From Bacteroidales bacterium (GTDB taxonomy: Bacteria; Bacteroidota; Bacteroidia; Bacteroidales; JAADJA01): a stretch of 64,000 bases of DNA. This document shows positions 45,140-55,807 of this stretch, in pieces (the first letter of the stretch is position 1; the number at the start of each line of letters is the position of its first letter). The notes below the pieces were generated by a model that ran no database searches, had not been told where the DNA came from, and saw nothing but the letters and a program-made list of their open reading frames with translations. The stretch covers positions 2,904 through 66,903 of the forward strand of contig JAUVJI010000002.1 in assembly GCA_030596605.1 (NCBI GenBank), in the 5' to 3' direction. The position numbers and the translations under genes were made by a program.

Positions 45140-46993
45140 ATGAAGAAAATTTTACTTTTTGCAATCGTGTTAAGCTTTGGATTGTATGTTATTGCCCAGG
45201 AGAGGGCGGTAATTCCCAAAGCAAAAAGAGATGTTGCCGTTAAAAAACCGGCTAAACCAATTAAAGATGTAGGTAATACATTAGGAGAATATGTTCCGGG
45301 AATGAAAGGTGCGAGTTTATTGGAAGATGAGGAAATCGGTCAAACTATTTACGACCTGCAAACCAATGCATCAACACAAAACAGGTTATATCTGTATGAT
45401 GATGGATCAATAGGCGGTGCGTGGACTATGGGATTTGATAATCCCAATTTTTCACAAAGAGGAACCGGATACAATTATTATGATGGAAATAATTGGGGAC
45501 CTCCTCCGGCCGAAAAAATTGAACCCTATAAAACCGGATGGCCGTCGTATACACCCTATGGTGAAAATGGAGAAATGTTCGTATGCCATCATATGCTTGA
45601 CGGACTTGCATACGGCATCCGTGAAGAAAAAGGTACAGGAGACTGGACTATGGCTATTCAGGCTGGTCCTCCATCAGCAGTTGATATTTCCTGGCCACGT
45701 GGTATAACTACCGGACCTACAAATAATATTATCCATTTTTTATCTGTTACCTATGCTACATATAATGGGCAGGATAATGCAGTATTGTATTCAAGGTCTC
45801 AAGATGGAGGCAGCACATGGGATATTGAGAATCACTTTTTTGATGAACTTGGTCCTGACAATTATACCAATTTTGGTGGAGATGTTTATGAATTTGCAGA
45901 GCCCAAAGATGGTATTCTTGCTTTCCTCGCAGGAGAGGCATGGACAGACCTGGTATTGATGAAATCAACAAATGATGGAGATACATGGGAACAAACTATC
46001 ATCTGGGAGTGTCCATATCCGTTGCATGTTACCGGAGAAGTAACAGATACATTTTATACTTGCGACGGATCGCATCATCTCGCCATTGATAATTCCGGAT
46101 TGATCCATGTAGTTTTTGGGATCAACAGGTCAGTTGCTGATGAAGGCGGTGAATACTGGTTCCCGGGTGTTGATGGTGTTGCATACTGGAATGAAAATAT
46201 GCCGGCTTTCTCAGATGACATGGATGCATTGTGCCCTTATGACGATTGTGGTTATTCTGAACTTGTTGAAGATTACAACCTTATTGGATGGTCGCAGGAT
46301 ATCAATGGTAACGGGCAATTAGACATTCTGGATGACTGGGGGACATACTATCTCGGACTGTCCAGTATGGTGCAGATCAGCATTGATGAGCTAAATCAAA
46401 TATTTGTAGTTTACTCATCTGTGACCGAAACATATGATAACGGAACTCAAAGTTACCGCCATGTGTGGACAAGGACTTCCCCCGATGGCGGCACCTCATG
46501 GGGCACATTTTATGATTTAAACAGCGACTTGATCTATATTTTTGATGAGTGTGTATTTCCGTCTATTGCAGCTAATTCTGACGAAAACATCTATTTCATT
46601 TACCAGGCTGATACTGAACCAGGGCTTGCAGTTAGGGGAGATGAAGATCCTTATGGCGATAATTTCATTAGGGTGATGAATGTTTTGAAAGAGGATATTA
46701 TCAACGCTGTGGATGAAAACCAACAGTTGATCAAAAACGAAAATGTATCCCAGAATTATCCCAATCCTTTTAATGAAACATCAACTGTTTATGTTTTATT
46801 AGATGAACCGGCCAGTCTTAGCCTCGAAGTTCATAATTTAATGGGCCAGTTGATATACTCAATTCCTGAAAGGCCATACAACACCGGTAAAGTTGAATTC
46901 ATGATCGATGGATCAGGATTAACTTCAGGCATTTATTTTTATTCTGTTAAAGCAGGAGAAACTGCTGTAACAAAGAAAATGATTATTGAGTAG
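45140..46993 (+). CDS. Asp-box (BNR) beta-propeller protein with T9SS CTD, paralog P6
   Basis: Collinear with P1-P5. Asp-boxes YSRSQDGGSTW and MKSTNDGDTW. Loop DINGNGQLDILDD. CTD YPNPFNETSTV...GIYFYSVKAGETAVTKKMIIE. Confidence 0.85.
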   Translation: MKKILLFAIVLSFGLYVIAQERAVIPKAKRDVAVKKPAKPIKDVGNTLGEYVPGMKGASLLEDEEIGQTIYDLQTNASTQNRLYLYDDGSIGGAWTMGFDNPNFSQRGTGYNYYDGNNWGPPPAEKIEPYKTGWPSYTPYGENGEMFVCHHMLDGLAYGIREEKGTGDWTMAIQAGPPSAVDISWPRGITTGPTNNIIHFLSVTYATYNGQDNAVLYSRSQDGGSTWDIENHFFDELGPDNYTNFGGDVYEFAEPKDGILAFLAGEAWTDLVLMKSTNDGDTWEQTIIWECPYPLHVTGEVTDTFYTCDGSHHLAIDNSGLIHVVFGINRSVADEGGEYWFPGVDGVAYWNENMPAFSDDMDALCPYDDCGYSELVEDYNLIGWSQDINGNGQLDILDDWGTYYLGLSSMVQISIDELNQIFVVYSSVTETYDNGTQSYRHVWTRTSPDGGTSWGTFYDLNSDLIYIFDECVFPSIAANSDENIYFIYQADTEPGLAVRGDEDPYGDNFIRVMNVLKEDIINAVDENQQLIKNENVSQNYPNPFNETSTVYVLLDEPASLSLEVHNLMGQLIYSIPERPYNTGKVEFMIDGSGLTSGIYFYSVKAGETAVTKKMIIE

Positions 46994-47014
46994 TAATAAT
47001 ATTTAAATATTAAA

Positions 47015-47045
47015 GGGTTGATCAATACCGGTCAGCCCTTTTTTA
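47015..47045 (+). terminator. Intrinsic terminator of P6
   Basis: GGGTTGATCAATACCGGTCAGCCC (stem with two G-U pairs) followed by TTTTTTATTT. Confidence 0.6.
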
Positions 47046-47122
47046 TTTCAGTAAATTTTATATCTTTGACAACCATACAATTTATCAGGGATGTAGAAAA
47101 CAATTAAAAAAAAGGAGGGCAT

Positions 47123-48034
47123 ATGATTGAAACAATTAAAATAGGGACACTACGATGGCATCATATTCTAAACCCCTCTGATGAAAACCTTGAATACCTC
47201 AAAGATAATTTCCATTTTCACCCCCTGGATATTGAAGACTGTAAAGAAGAATATAATCAGCGTCCTAAGGTTGATGTTTATGATGATTATTATTTTATGA
47301 TCTTGCACTTTCCCTTTTTCGACCGTTATAATAAATTTCTCCGTACACGGGAAGTTAAAATTTTCTGGGGTGAGGATTATGTTATAACAATTGGAAAGTC
47401 GCATTGGGTGGTTACTGAAATGTTTAAGGAAGGCAAAGAACAGGAAGCCCAAAGTGAAACTTTTGAGATTGGGACCAGTGATGCATTACTCTATGCCATT
47501 TTGGAAAGGTTAATGAAAGCAACCCAGATAATCATCAAAAAAATTGGAGATGATGTGGATTCCATAAACCGTGCTTTATTTGATATAAAAGCAGAAAGAA
47601 CAATTGAAAAAATTTCAATCATCAGGAAAAACATTATCCTGCTCAACACCATGTTTAAACCCCAGCTTCCTTTATTAGCAAGGTTTGAATCAGGGCAAAT
47701 TGAAGGATATGCCAACAACATGGAAGATTACTGGGGCAATATCCTCGACTATTACAAACAAATGTGGGATATGACTGAAGATTACGCCGAGTTGATCGAA
47801 GGTTTATCTCAAACGTTCGATTCATTACAGGCAAATCGTACCAACGAGATCATAAAAATCTTAACATTGATTTCCTCTATTCTGCTACCGTTAACCTTTT
47901 TAACCGGTTTGTACGGAATGAATGTCAATTTACCCCTTAAAGACGATCCGCGAGCTTTCTGGATTGTTATTGCAGCCATGCTTTTGATTGTTATAAGCAT
48001 GTACATTCTTTTTAAGCGAAAGAAATGGATGTAA
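47123..48034 (+). CDS. corA: CorA family magnesium/cobalt transporter
   Basis: Cytoplasmic N-domain plus two C-terminal TM helices with the signature LTGLYGMNVNLP (GMN motif). Confidence 0.85.
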   Translation: MIETIKIGTLRWHHILNPSDENLEYLKDNFHFHPLDIEDCKEEYNQRPKVDVYDDYYFMILHFPFFDRYNKFLRTREVKIFWGEDYVITIGKSHWVVTEMFKEGKEQEAQSETFEIGTSDALLYAILERLMKATQIIIKKIGDDVDSINRALFDIKAERTIEKISIIRKNIILLNTMFKPQLPLLARFESGQIEGYANNMEDYWGNILDYYKQMWDMTEDYAELIEGLSQTFDSLQANRTNEIIKILTLISSILLPLTFLTGLYGMNVNLPLKDDPRAFWIVIAAMLLIVISMYILFKRKKWM

Positions 48035-48097
48035 TTTGATCACTATACCTTTTCTCATTCTGTATTAAATCAATAGTTTCATATCACCAACTAGCGG

Positions 48098-48248
48098 GGG
48101 TGTACGACAAATTTCTTAATCGAACGCAGATAACACAGATATTTATGATTTTCGCAGATATTTTTTATATTTATCAGCGATTATTCGCTTAATCAGTGTC
48201 ATCTGTGTTCCATTTTATATTTTAGTATTGGAAATTTGTCGTACACCC
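48098..48248. mobile_element. MITE-like element with perfect 18-bp terminal inverted repeats; no ORF
   Basis: GGGTGTACGACAAATTTC (48098-48115) is the exact reverse complement of GAAATTTGTCGTACACCC (48231-48248). An internal inverted pair AACACAGAT / ATCTGTGTT is present. The element lies between corA and the OMP gene. Confidence 0.55.
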
Positions 48249-48305
48249 ATTAGTGGGTTATTGGACTTTTAATTATATCTTTGCTTCAAATATCTAAAAT
48301 AATCA

Positions 48306-48989
48306 ATGATGAAGAACATACTCATTATTTTATTATGTGCAATTGCCATTAATGGTTTTGCTCAAGTTATTGATGAAGAAACCAAAAAGAAGTTTACTAT
48401 CGGGCTTGATGTTTTTACCGATATTTGGCAGGATGTACCGGAAGAACAAATTAAAACTGGCACCATAAACCCGGGGGTAAATATATTTGGAACTTACAAC
48501 TTTATATTCGGTGAGAGTAATATCAGCTTTTCCCCGGGATTGGGAATAGGTGTGCATAATATGTTTAACCATTCATTAGTACGAACAACACATGACTCTA
48601 CTTTTTTTGTTCCAATTAAAGATACGCTTCCTGGTGTTGATTATAGAAAATCCAAATTTGTTCTTACATACCTTGATATACCCTTGGAGTTACGCTATAA
48701 ATCGGAGGGTGGACTCAGGGTTGCTATTGGTTTTAAATTTGATTTTCTAATTCAGAGCCATACCAAGTATAAAGGACCTGATTACATTGAGACTACCCAT
48801 AATGACCTGGTAATTTATAAAAAAACCAAAATTAAATACCTAGAAACAAACAGGTATGGGTTTACTGCCCGCATAGGTTATAAATGGCTGAATTTGTGGG
48901 GATATTACCAGCTTTCTACATTATTTGAAAAGGGAAAGGGCCCTGAGATGTATCCAATTTCTGTCGGTTTAACAATAATTCCATTTTAA
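48306..48989 (+). CDS. Outer-membrane beta-barrel (porin-family / PorT-like) protein
   Basis: Signal peptide MMKNILIILLCAIAINGFAQ. Alternating hydrophobic beta-strand pattern. C-terminal ...ISVGLTIIPF. Confidence 0.6.
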   Translation: MMKNILIILLCAIAINGFAQVIDEETKKKFTIGLDVFTDIWQDVPEEQIKTGTINPGVNIFGTYNFIFGESNISFSPGLGIGVHNMFNHSLVRTTHDSTFFVPIKDTLPGVDYRKSKFVLTYLDIPLELRYKSEGGLRVAIGFKFDFLIQSHTKYKGPDYIETTHNDLVIYKKTKIKYLETNRYGFTARIGYKWLNLWGYYQLSTLFEKGKGPEMYPISVGLTIIPF

Positions 48990-48990
48990 T

Positions 48991-49599
48991 TCAGAGGATG
49001 TAAATCCCTGCCATAAATAAAAATCCCAATAAATACCCGGTATAGATCTGAATTGGCTGATGTGATTTTAATTTCAATCGTGCATAGCCGATAAATCCGG
49101 CAAGTAGAATAACAAAAGAAATCAATAGTACAAAATCGAGGTTTACACGAATCGAAATTCCTGTTAAAGCTCCAGCCATACCACCTATTCCAACCATGTG
49201 AATACTAATTTTTGAGAAAAAATTAATCAGCAATGAAAGAAATACCAGGATAGTTATTCCCAATAAAAAAAGGTGATAAACTTCAGAAATCTGGATTTGT
49301 TTTAGCATATAATAAGATAAGAAGAAAAATATACCGGTTAATAAAAAAGGATAAACACGCTCCTCTTTGGATTCCATTTGAAGAGATTTAATTAGTCCTC
49401 TGCGTTTCATAATCAATATTAATAATGATGGGAAAAGAAATGTGGTAATAAATACCAAAGAAAAGATTAAAAATTTAGCCGTAGTGGGGATTAAAAGCGC
49501 CACGTAACTGTTCATATTGAAAACAAAAATAAACAGGTATGATGGAATTAGTAAGGGGTGAAACACTACTGAAATTATTTTGGAGATTTTTTCTTGCAT
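48991..49599 (-). CDS. Polytopic membrane protein (possibly PAP2-superfamily-like)
   Basis: About six predicted TM helices. Lies 12 nt downstream of rpoN on the same strand. No firm motif was recognised. Confidence 0.5.
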   Translation of the reverse strand: MQEKISKIISVVFHPLLIPSYLFIFVFNMNSYVALLIPTTAKFLIFSLVFITTFLFPSLLILIMKRRGLIKSLQMESKEERVYPFLLTGIFFFLSYYMLKQIQISEVYHLFLLGITILVFLSLLINFFSKISIHMVGIGGMAGALTGISIRVNLDFVLLISFVILLAGFIGYARLKLKSHQPIQIYTGYLLGFLFMAGIYIL

Positions 49600-49611
49600 T
49601 CAGTTGCTTTA

Positions 49612-51099
49612 TTACAATTCTTTTCTCAGCCTTGCAACCGGAATGCTAAGCTGTTCGCGGTATTTAGCAACTGTTCGCCTGGCAATATTATATCCTTTTT
49701 CTTTTAAGATTCTCGTAAGCTGTTCATCCGTAAGGGGTTTATTTTTATCCTCCGAATCAATGCAATCTGACAAAATTTTCTTAATTTCCCTTGTTGAAAC
49801 CTCTTCACCGTTTTCGGTCAGCATCGACTCTGAGAAGAAGCTTTTTAACAAAAGAGTCCCAAATGGTGTTTGAACATATTTGCTGTTAGCTACCCTTGAA
49901 ATAGTTGAGATATCCAAATTTACAATTTCAGCGATATCTTTGAGGATCATAGGCCTCAAGGTGACTTCATCACCGGTGAGAAAATATTCACGTTGATAGT
50001 TCATAATGGCATTCATGGTTATCATCAGCGTGTTTTGTCTTTGTTTGATCGCATCGATAAACCATTTGGCCGAATCTATTTTTTGTTTTACAAAGGTTAT
50101 GGCATCCCTGTGCTTGCTTTTATCCTTACTGTTTGAATAAGTTTCAAGCATATCAACATAAGTACGGTTGAGCCTTAACTCAGGTGCATTTTTAGAATTT
50201 AACTGCAGTTCAAGATCACCATTGTTGTTGTAAATTACAAAATCAGGAAGAATATAGTGATTCGTTTTTGATGTTTCACTTAATGAATTTCCGGGTTTTG
50301 GATTCAATTTTAATATTTCTTCGATTGCTTCTTTAAGGTCATTTTCTGATATCTTCGCTTTTTTGATGATCTTTTCATAATGCTTTTTGGTAAACTCATT
50401 AAAATATCTTTCAATCAGCAACTTTGCCAGTTCAGTTGAACCATTTGAATTCTCCGTTTTCTTTAATTGGATCAAAAGACATTCCTGTAAGTTTCGGGCT
50501 CCCACACCTGCCGGGTCAAACTCCTGGATAAGTTGAAGCAGTTCAAGAATTTCCTCTTTTGTAGTCTGAATATTCTGAACGAATGCCAGGTCGTCAACCA
50601 TGGATGTAATTTCCCGGTTCAGGTATCCTGATTCATCAAGATTACCAATGATATAAGAGGCAATCAGGTATTGACGTTCATCAAGGCTGCGAAGTCCTAA
50701 CTGCGAAAGCAACAAATCATTGAAAGAAGTACCTGAAACGAATGGGATTTCCCTTCTTTCATCATCAGCGCTTGAATTATTGGAACTTAACTTATAGGAA
50801 GGTGTTTCGTCATCATCCATATAATCTCCAATGTCAAACTCGTCGTCACTATTCTTAGTTTCGAATTCTTCCTCTGTTTCTCCTTCATTCTCATCAGCTC
50901 CTACAGGCTCATCATAATCTTGTTCCTGTTCAGTGGTTTCATCTGTGTCGCTGGTTTCATCCAGGGCCGGGTTTTCTTCTATTTCCTGTTTTATTCTTTG
51001 TTCGAGTGCAATAGACGGAATCTGCAACAATTTCATCAGCAAAATTTGCTGGGGAGACAGCTTCTGTAGAAGTTTTTGTTGTAACCGTTGATTTAACAT
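49612..51099 (-). CDS. rpoN: RNA polymerase sigma-54 factor
   Basis: N-terminal MLNQRLQQKLLQKLSPQQILLMKLLQ, an acidic region II, and a C-terminal HTH plus RpoN box ...ARRTVAKYREQL. Confidence 0.93.
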   Translation of the reverse strand: MLNQRLQQKLLQKLSPQQILLMKLLQIPSIALEQRIKQEIEENPALDETSDTDETTEQEQDYDEPVGADENEGETEEEFETKNSDDEFDIGDYMDDDETPSYKLSSNNSSADDERREIPFVSGTSFNDLLLSQLGLRSLDERQYLIASYIIGNLDESGYLNREITSMVDDLAFVQNIQTTKEEILELLQLIQEFDPAGVGARNLQECLLIQLKKTENSNGSTELAKLLIERYFNEFTKKHYEKIIKKAKISENDLKEAIEEILKLNPKPGNSLSETSKTNHYILPDFVIYNNNGDLELQLNSKNAPELRLNRTYVDMLETYSNSKDKSKHRDAITFVKQKIDSAKWFIDAIKQRQNTLMITMNAIMNYQREYFLTGDEVTLRPMILKDIAEIVNLDISTISRVANSKYVQTPFGTLLLKSFFSESMLTENGEEVSTREIKKILSDCIDSEDKNKPLTDEQLTRILKEKGYNIARRTVAKYREQLSIPVARLRKEL

Positions 51100-51200
51100 G
51101 CAAACTCTTTTTCTAAATTACCCTCTAATTGTTTCAGACAAATATCAACCTTTTTAATCAAATATCAAAATTTTTATTGTACTATTTTAAACGTCCAAAT

Positions 51201-52652
51201 TTAAAATTCGGCGTTTTGTGGCGATCTTGGAAATGGAATAACATCCCTTATATTTCCCATACCCGTGATAAACAGCATCATTCTTTCAAATCCCAATCCA
51301 AAACCGCTATGTGGCACAGTGCCAAATTTTCTGGTTTCAAGATACCACCATAAATCTTTTTCTGGTACGTTCATTTCACGCATTCGTTTCAAAAGCAGGT
51401 CATAATTTTCCTCTCTCTGCGAACCTCCAATAATTTCACCGATCTGTGGAAAAAGAACATCCATGGCCCGCACCGTCTTACCATCATCATTCATTTTCAT
51501 ATAAAATGCTTTGATTTCTTTTGGGTAATCTGTTACAATAACGGGTTTTTTGAAATGCTTTTCAACCAGATATCTCTCATGTTCCGATTGAAGATCAACC
51601 CCCCAGCCTTCTATCAGGAACTGGAATTTCTTCTTTTTATTGGGTTTTGAATTTCTTAAAATTTTAATGGCATCTTCATAGGTAATTCTTTCAAAATCGC
51701 TTTCCAATACAAAAAGTAGCTTCTCGTTTAATTCCATTGGAGACCGATCTTCCTGTTTTTTGGTCTTTTCTTCATCTAACAAACGCTTGCTCAGAAAGTT
51801 CAAATCATCAGCGCAATTATCAATAGCATATTTAATAACAAACTTCAGCATTTCTTCTGCCAGGTCCATGTTATCATTGTTGTCATAGAAAGCCATTTCC
51901 GGCTCTATCATCCAAAACTCAGCGAGATGCCTGGAGGTATTGGAATTTTCAGCCCTGAAAGTTGGTCCGAAAGTATAAACTTCTGATAATCCAAGTGCAG
52001 CAAGTTCAGCCTGCAGCTGACCAGAAACAGTAAGATTGGTTTCTTTGCCAAAAAAGTCTTCGTTAAAATTTACCGATCCATCTTCATTAAGAGGTGGGTT
52101 TTTCGGATCAAGAACCGAAACCCTGAACATTTCCCCAGCGCCCTCTGCATCCGAGCCGGTAATAATTGGAGTATGGATATTATAAAATCCTTTATCGTTA
52201 AAAAATTTGTGAATGGCAAAGATCATGGCATGTCTCACCCTGGTGATCGCTCCAAAAGTATTGGTCCTGAATCTCAGGTGAGATTTTTCACGAAGAAATT
52301 CCAGGGAATGCTTTTTGGGTTGAAGCGGATATTCAGCAGGATCAGCTATTCCTAAAATCTCAATTGATTTTGCACTGATTTCTACTTTTTGACCGCTTCC
52401 CTGCGATTCAATGATTTCACCGGTAATTGAAAGTGCAGCTCCGCTATGAACATTTTGAATTTCTTCTTCTTTGATTGAGATATGGTCTATAACTATTTGT
52501 ATGTTTTTTATTGTAGAGCCATCATTTAAAGCAATAAATGAAACATTTTTGCTTCCTCGTTTGGTTCTTACCCAACCTTTAACATTGACAACCTTTCCAA
52601 ACTTCTCTGATTTAAGCAGGTCAATGATCTTTATCCTTTTCAATTCACTCAT
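51201..52652 (-). CDS. asnS: Asparagine--tRNA ligase
   Basis: An OB-fold N-domain and class IIb motifs. ...[12 protein letters not shown]...[27 protein letters not shown]...IPFPR is the AsnRS signature. The ATG at 52652 (MSELKRIKI...) is preferred over the upstream start at 52679. Confidence 0.92.
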   Translation of the reverse strand: MSELKRIKIIDLLKSEKFGKVVNVKGWVRTKRGSKNVSFIALNDGSTIKNIQIVIDHISIKEEEIQNVHSGAALSITGEIIESQGSGQKVEISAKSIEILGIADPAEYPLQPKKHSLEFLREKSHLRFRTNTFGAITRVRHAMIFAIHKFFNDKGFYNIHTPIITGSDAEGAGEMFRVSVLDPKNPPLNEDGSVNFNEDFFGKETNLTVSGQLQAELAALGLSEVYTFGPTFRAENSNTSRHLAEFWMIEPEMAFYDNNDNMDLAEEMLKFVIKYAIDNCADDLNFLSKRLLDEEKTKKQEDRSPMELNEKLLFVLESDFERITYEDAIKILRNSKPNKKKKFQFLIEGWGVDLQSEHERYLVEKHFKKPVIVTDYPKEIKAFYMKMNDDGKTVRAMDVLFPQIGEIIGGSQREENYDLLLKRMREMNVPEKDLWWYLETRKFGTVPHSGFGLGFERMMLFITGMGNIRDVIPFPRSPQNAEF

Positions 52653-52781
52653 TTTTCGCGGAATGTAATATCGCTGCAAAAGTAGCTACTTTTTTAATTT
52701 GAAATCGATGAAAAAATATAAATATGACTTTTTAAATATATAATTATTTTGTATTGAAAATGAGTAATTTTGCGAGACATC

Positions 52782-53876
52782 ATGGCAATAAACCTGAACA
52801 TATTACCGCTGAATAAATGGCTTGATATTAAAGAATCTCCTTTGGTCATCAGCGGTCCGTGCAGTGCTGAATCGAAAGACCAAATATTACAAACAGCCAA
52901 AGATATTTCTCAGATTCCCCAGGTGAAAATTTTCAGGGCCGGTATTTGGAAACCCAGAACACGACCAGGTTTGTTTGAAGGAGTTGGTGAAAAAGGATTG
53001 GAGTGGCTCCGGAATGTAAAGGAACAAACTGGTTTAAAAACTGCCATTGAAGTTGCCAATCCTGCACATGTTGAAACTGCCTTACAGTACAATATTGATA
53101 TATTATGGATAGGCGCCCGAACAGTAGTTAACCCTTTTTCACTTCAGGAACTGGCAAATGCACTTAAAGGAGTAGATGTTCCAGTTATGGTTAAAAATCC
53201 GGTTAATCCCGATTTAAACTTATGGATAGGCGCCCTTGAACGTATAAACTTATCCGGGATCAATCGAATCGCTGCCATTCATCGGGGTTTTTACTTCTTC
53301 GATAAAACACCTTACAGGAATGCTCCTATGTGGGAAATACCCATTGAATTAAAAAGACTCATTCCAAATCTTCCTGTAATTTGTGATCCCAGCCATATTT
53401 GTGGGGAACGAAGCATGCTGTTGGATGTAGCTCAAAAAGCGCTGGATTTGGAAATGGATGGATTAATGATTGAATCACATTTCGATCCTGATAATGCATT
53501 GACCGATCCTCAACAACAAATTAAACCGGATGAATTGTCCAAATTAATATCTTCTCTGGTAGTAAGAAGGGAAGAAGGAAGCATAGAATTTGCCGGGAAG
53601 CTGGAAGAGTTAAGAACTGAAATTGATAAAATTGATGCTGAGTTGATCAATATTTTATCACGCCGGATGGAATTGATCGATGAGATCGGCAAGTACAAAA
53701 GGAATCATAATATTACTATCCTGCAATTAAAAAGATGGAGTAATATTGTTAATGACAGGTTAAAAACGGGTTTGGATTCCGGTTTGCAAAAAGAATTTCT
53801 TCAAAAGCTGCTTGAGGTTGTTCATAATGAATCTATAAAACGCCAAACCGATATATACAGCGGGAAGGAAGAGTGA
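52782..53876 (+). CDS. Bifunctional 3-deoxy-7-phosphoheptulonate (DAHP) synthase / chorismate mutase
   Basis: N-terminal KDO8PS-like class I-beta DAHP synthase (ISGPCSAES...FRAGIWKPRT...CDPSH). C-terminal AroQ-type chorismate mutase helix bundle (LEELRTEIDKIDAELINILSRRMELIDEIGKYK). The ATG at 52782 is preferred over the TTG at 52770. Confidence 0.85.
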   Translation: MAINLNILPLNKWLDIKESPLVISGPCSAESKDQILQTAKDISQIPQVKIFRAGIWKPRTRPGLFEGVGEKGLEWLRNVKEQTGLKTAIEVANPAHVETALQYNIDILWIGARTVVNPFSLQELANALKGVDVPVMVKNPVNPDLNLWIGALERINLSGINRIAAIHRGFYFFDKTPYRNAPMWEIPIELKRLIPNLPVICDPSHICGERSMLLDVAQKALDLEMDGLMIESHFDPDNALTDPQQQIKPDELSKLISSLVVRREEGSIEFAGKLEELRTEIDKIDAELINILSRRMELIDEIGKYKRNHNITILQLKRWSNIVNDRLKTGLDSGLQKEFLQKLLEVVHNESIKRQTDIYSGKEE

Positions 53877-53985
53877 TATCCAAAAATTGTTTTTAGTTTT
53901 TTATTTACTTTTGTTCATAATTCTGTGTATAGGAATTTTTTGTTTATAAATCAATTTGTAAATTTGACAGATCAAAATTATAGTT

Positions 53986-54669
53986 ATGGTAATTAATTAT
54001 ATAATTTCTTTAATTCTGGCTCCCCTGATTGCAGGGATTATTATTGCTATCATCTGGAAGAAACGAGGAAAAGACCGGTATCCCGGGCTTATTTCAAGTT
54101 TTGTCCTGGGAATGTTTAGTATTGTTGTAGTATTACTATTTCAATATATTGCAAGACGTTTTGGATTAGAATTTTTTACCAATATAAGAAGGATCATTTT
54201 CTACTCCTTTGTTATTATGGGATTTGGATCTGAATTCGGAAAGTATTTAATTCTAAGGTATTATAACTACCCTAAAAGCAGCTATAACGGACCACTTGAT
54301 GGTATTGTGTATACCACCATGATCTCCATGGGATTCGCATTTATCGGGAATATCCTTTATTTTGTTTTGCCCGTTTATGAAGCAATAGATTTCCTGTATG
54401 CGATAACAGTGGTATTTGCAAATCTTTTCTTTGCTGTTATTCTCGGATTCTTTCTGGGTATGGCAAAAACCCGTGAAAATAAATTTGTTGATTCCATGAC
54501 AGGCTTATTTGGCGCATCCTTTTTCCATGCGCTGTATAATTTCTGTTTTTTAACCGAAGATTATCGTTTGTTGTTATTCCTAAGTATAGGCGCTTTTATT
54601 ATTGTAATCATGCTTTATTATAAGGCTTTTGAACTAAATGAGGAGTTTAAAAGAATTAAAAAAGAGTAG
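53986..54669 (+). CDS. PrsW-like intramembrane protease family membrane protein
   Basis: Seven to eight TM helices with GSEFGKYLILR and FFHALYNF motifs that resemble the PrsW E-E-x-x-K / H-x-x-x-D/N pattern. The match is imperfect. Confidence 0.45.
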   Translation: MVINYIISLILAPLIAGIIIAIIWKKRGKDRYPGLISSFVLGMFSIVVVLLFQYIARRFGLEFFTNIRRIIFYSFVIMGFGSEFGKYLILRYYNYPKSSYNGPLDGIVYTTMISMGFAFIGNILYFVLPVYEAIDFLYAITVVFANLFFAVILGFFLGMAKTRENKFVDSMTGLFGASFFHALYNFCFLTEDYRLLLFLSIGAFIIVIMLYYKAFELNEEFKRIKKE

Positions 54670-54682
54670 TATAACTAAGAAA

Positions 54683-55771
54683 CTAAAGGCATTTATACAT
54701 TTTTCCAGGCAAACTTTTTATAACACCGTCAAATTCAAGATTCAGGAGTATTGCAGCTATATTACTGGGCGAGAGTTTTGATTTAAGCACAATGTAATCG
54801 ACGCTTGTTTCATTGTTTTCTTTTAAGATGTTAACAATCAATTCTTCTTCAGGAGATAATTCTTTAAATAGTTTTTGTTGTTTGGGTGATTTATCAGTAT
54901 TCGATTCCCACTGCATAATGTATTTCACATCCCTTGCTGACTGTATAAGCGCTGCACGATTTGTTTTAATAAGAAAATTGCATCCTTCAGAATATTTGTC
55001 ACTTATTTTACCAGGGACTGCAAACACATCCCGGTCATAAGAGTTTGCTATATTAGCTGTGATCAAAGCGCCACCTTTTATTGCAGATTCAATTACTATG
55101 ATGGCATCTGCTATACCTGCCACAATTCTGTTTCGCTTAGGAAAATTTTCCCTGTCGGGATTGGTTTTACTCATAAAATCGGTTAGCAAACCGCCATTTA
55201 AAACCATTTTCTCTGCGAGGGATTTATTTGCCTGGGGATATATCCGGTCAAGACCATGAGCCAATATTCCAATTGTAGCTAAATCATTTTTTAGCGAAGA
55301 TTTGTGAGCATGGGTATCAATTCCATAAGCCAACCCACTTACAACAACTACATCCAAATCAGCCAGATCTTTAACAAATTTTGCACAAATTTCTTTTCCA
55401 TATTCCGAAGCCGTTCTTGTACCAACAATACTGATGATCCGTGGAGAATTTAAATCAGTATTGCCCATATAATAAAGCATCATGGGGCCATCAATACAAT
55501 GTTTTAATCGCTGAGGGTATTTCTTGTTCGTGTAAAACAAGGGAGTAACATTGTATTTATCAATAAAAGATATCTCCTTCTCTGCCCTATTCAATACTTT
55601 TTGAGACAGTATAGAATTTACCGTAGATAAACCTATACCCGGTATTTTCATTAATGCCTGTTTCTTTTCTTTAAAAACAGCTTCAGTACCGCCGCAATAA
55701 GATACCAGTTTTTTACCATTGACATCTCCAATGCCAGGTATTAATGTTATTCCTATTTGATAGATCAGCAA
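54683..55771 (-). CDS. dprA: DNA-processing protein DprA (Smf)
   Basis: N-terminal SAM-like LIPGIGDVNGKKL, a Rossmann-like core VVSGLAYGIDTHAHKSSL...GGALITANIANSYDRDVFAVPG, and a C-terminal winged-helix tail. The start codon is TTG. Confidence 0.88.
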   Translation of the reverse strand: MLIYQIGITLIPGIGDVNGKKLVSYCGGTEAVFKEKKQALMKIPGIGLSTVNSILSQKVLNRAEKEISFIDKYNVTPLFYTNKKYPQRLKHCIDGPMMLYYMGNTDLNSPRIISIVGTRTASEYGKEICAKFVKDLADLDVVVVSGLAYGIDTHAHKSSLKNDLATIGILAHGLDRIYPQANKSLAEKMVLNGGLLTDFMSKTNPDRENFPKRNRIVAGIADAIIVIESAIKGGALITANIANSYDRDVFAVPGKISDKYSEGCNFLIKTNRAALIQSARDVKYIMQWESNTDKSPKQQKLFKELSPEEELIVNILKENNETSVDYIVLKSKLSPSNIAAILLNLEFDGVIKSLPGKMYKCL

Positions 55772-55807
55772 AATTTTGAATTTGGTGATTCAAAAATAAG
55801 ATATTTT

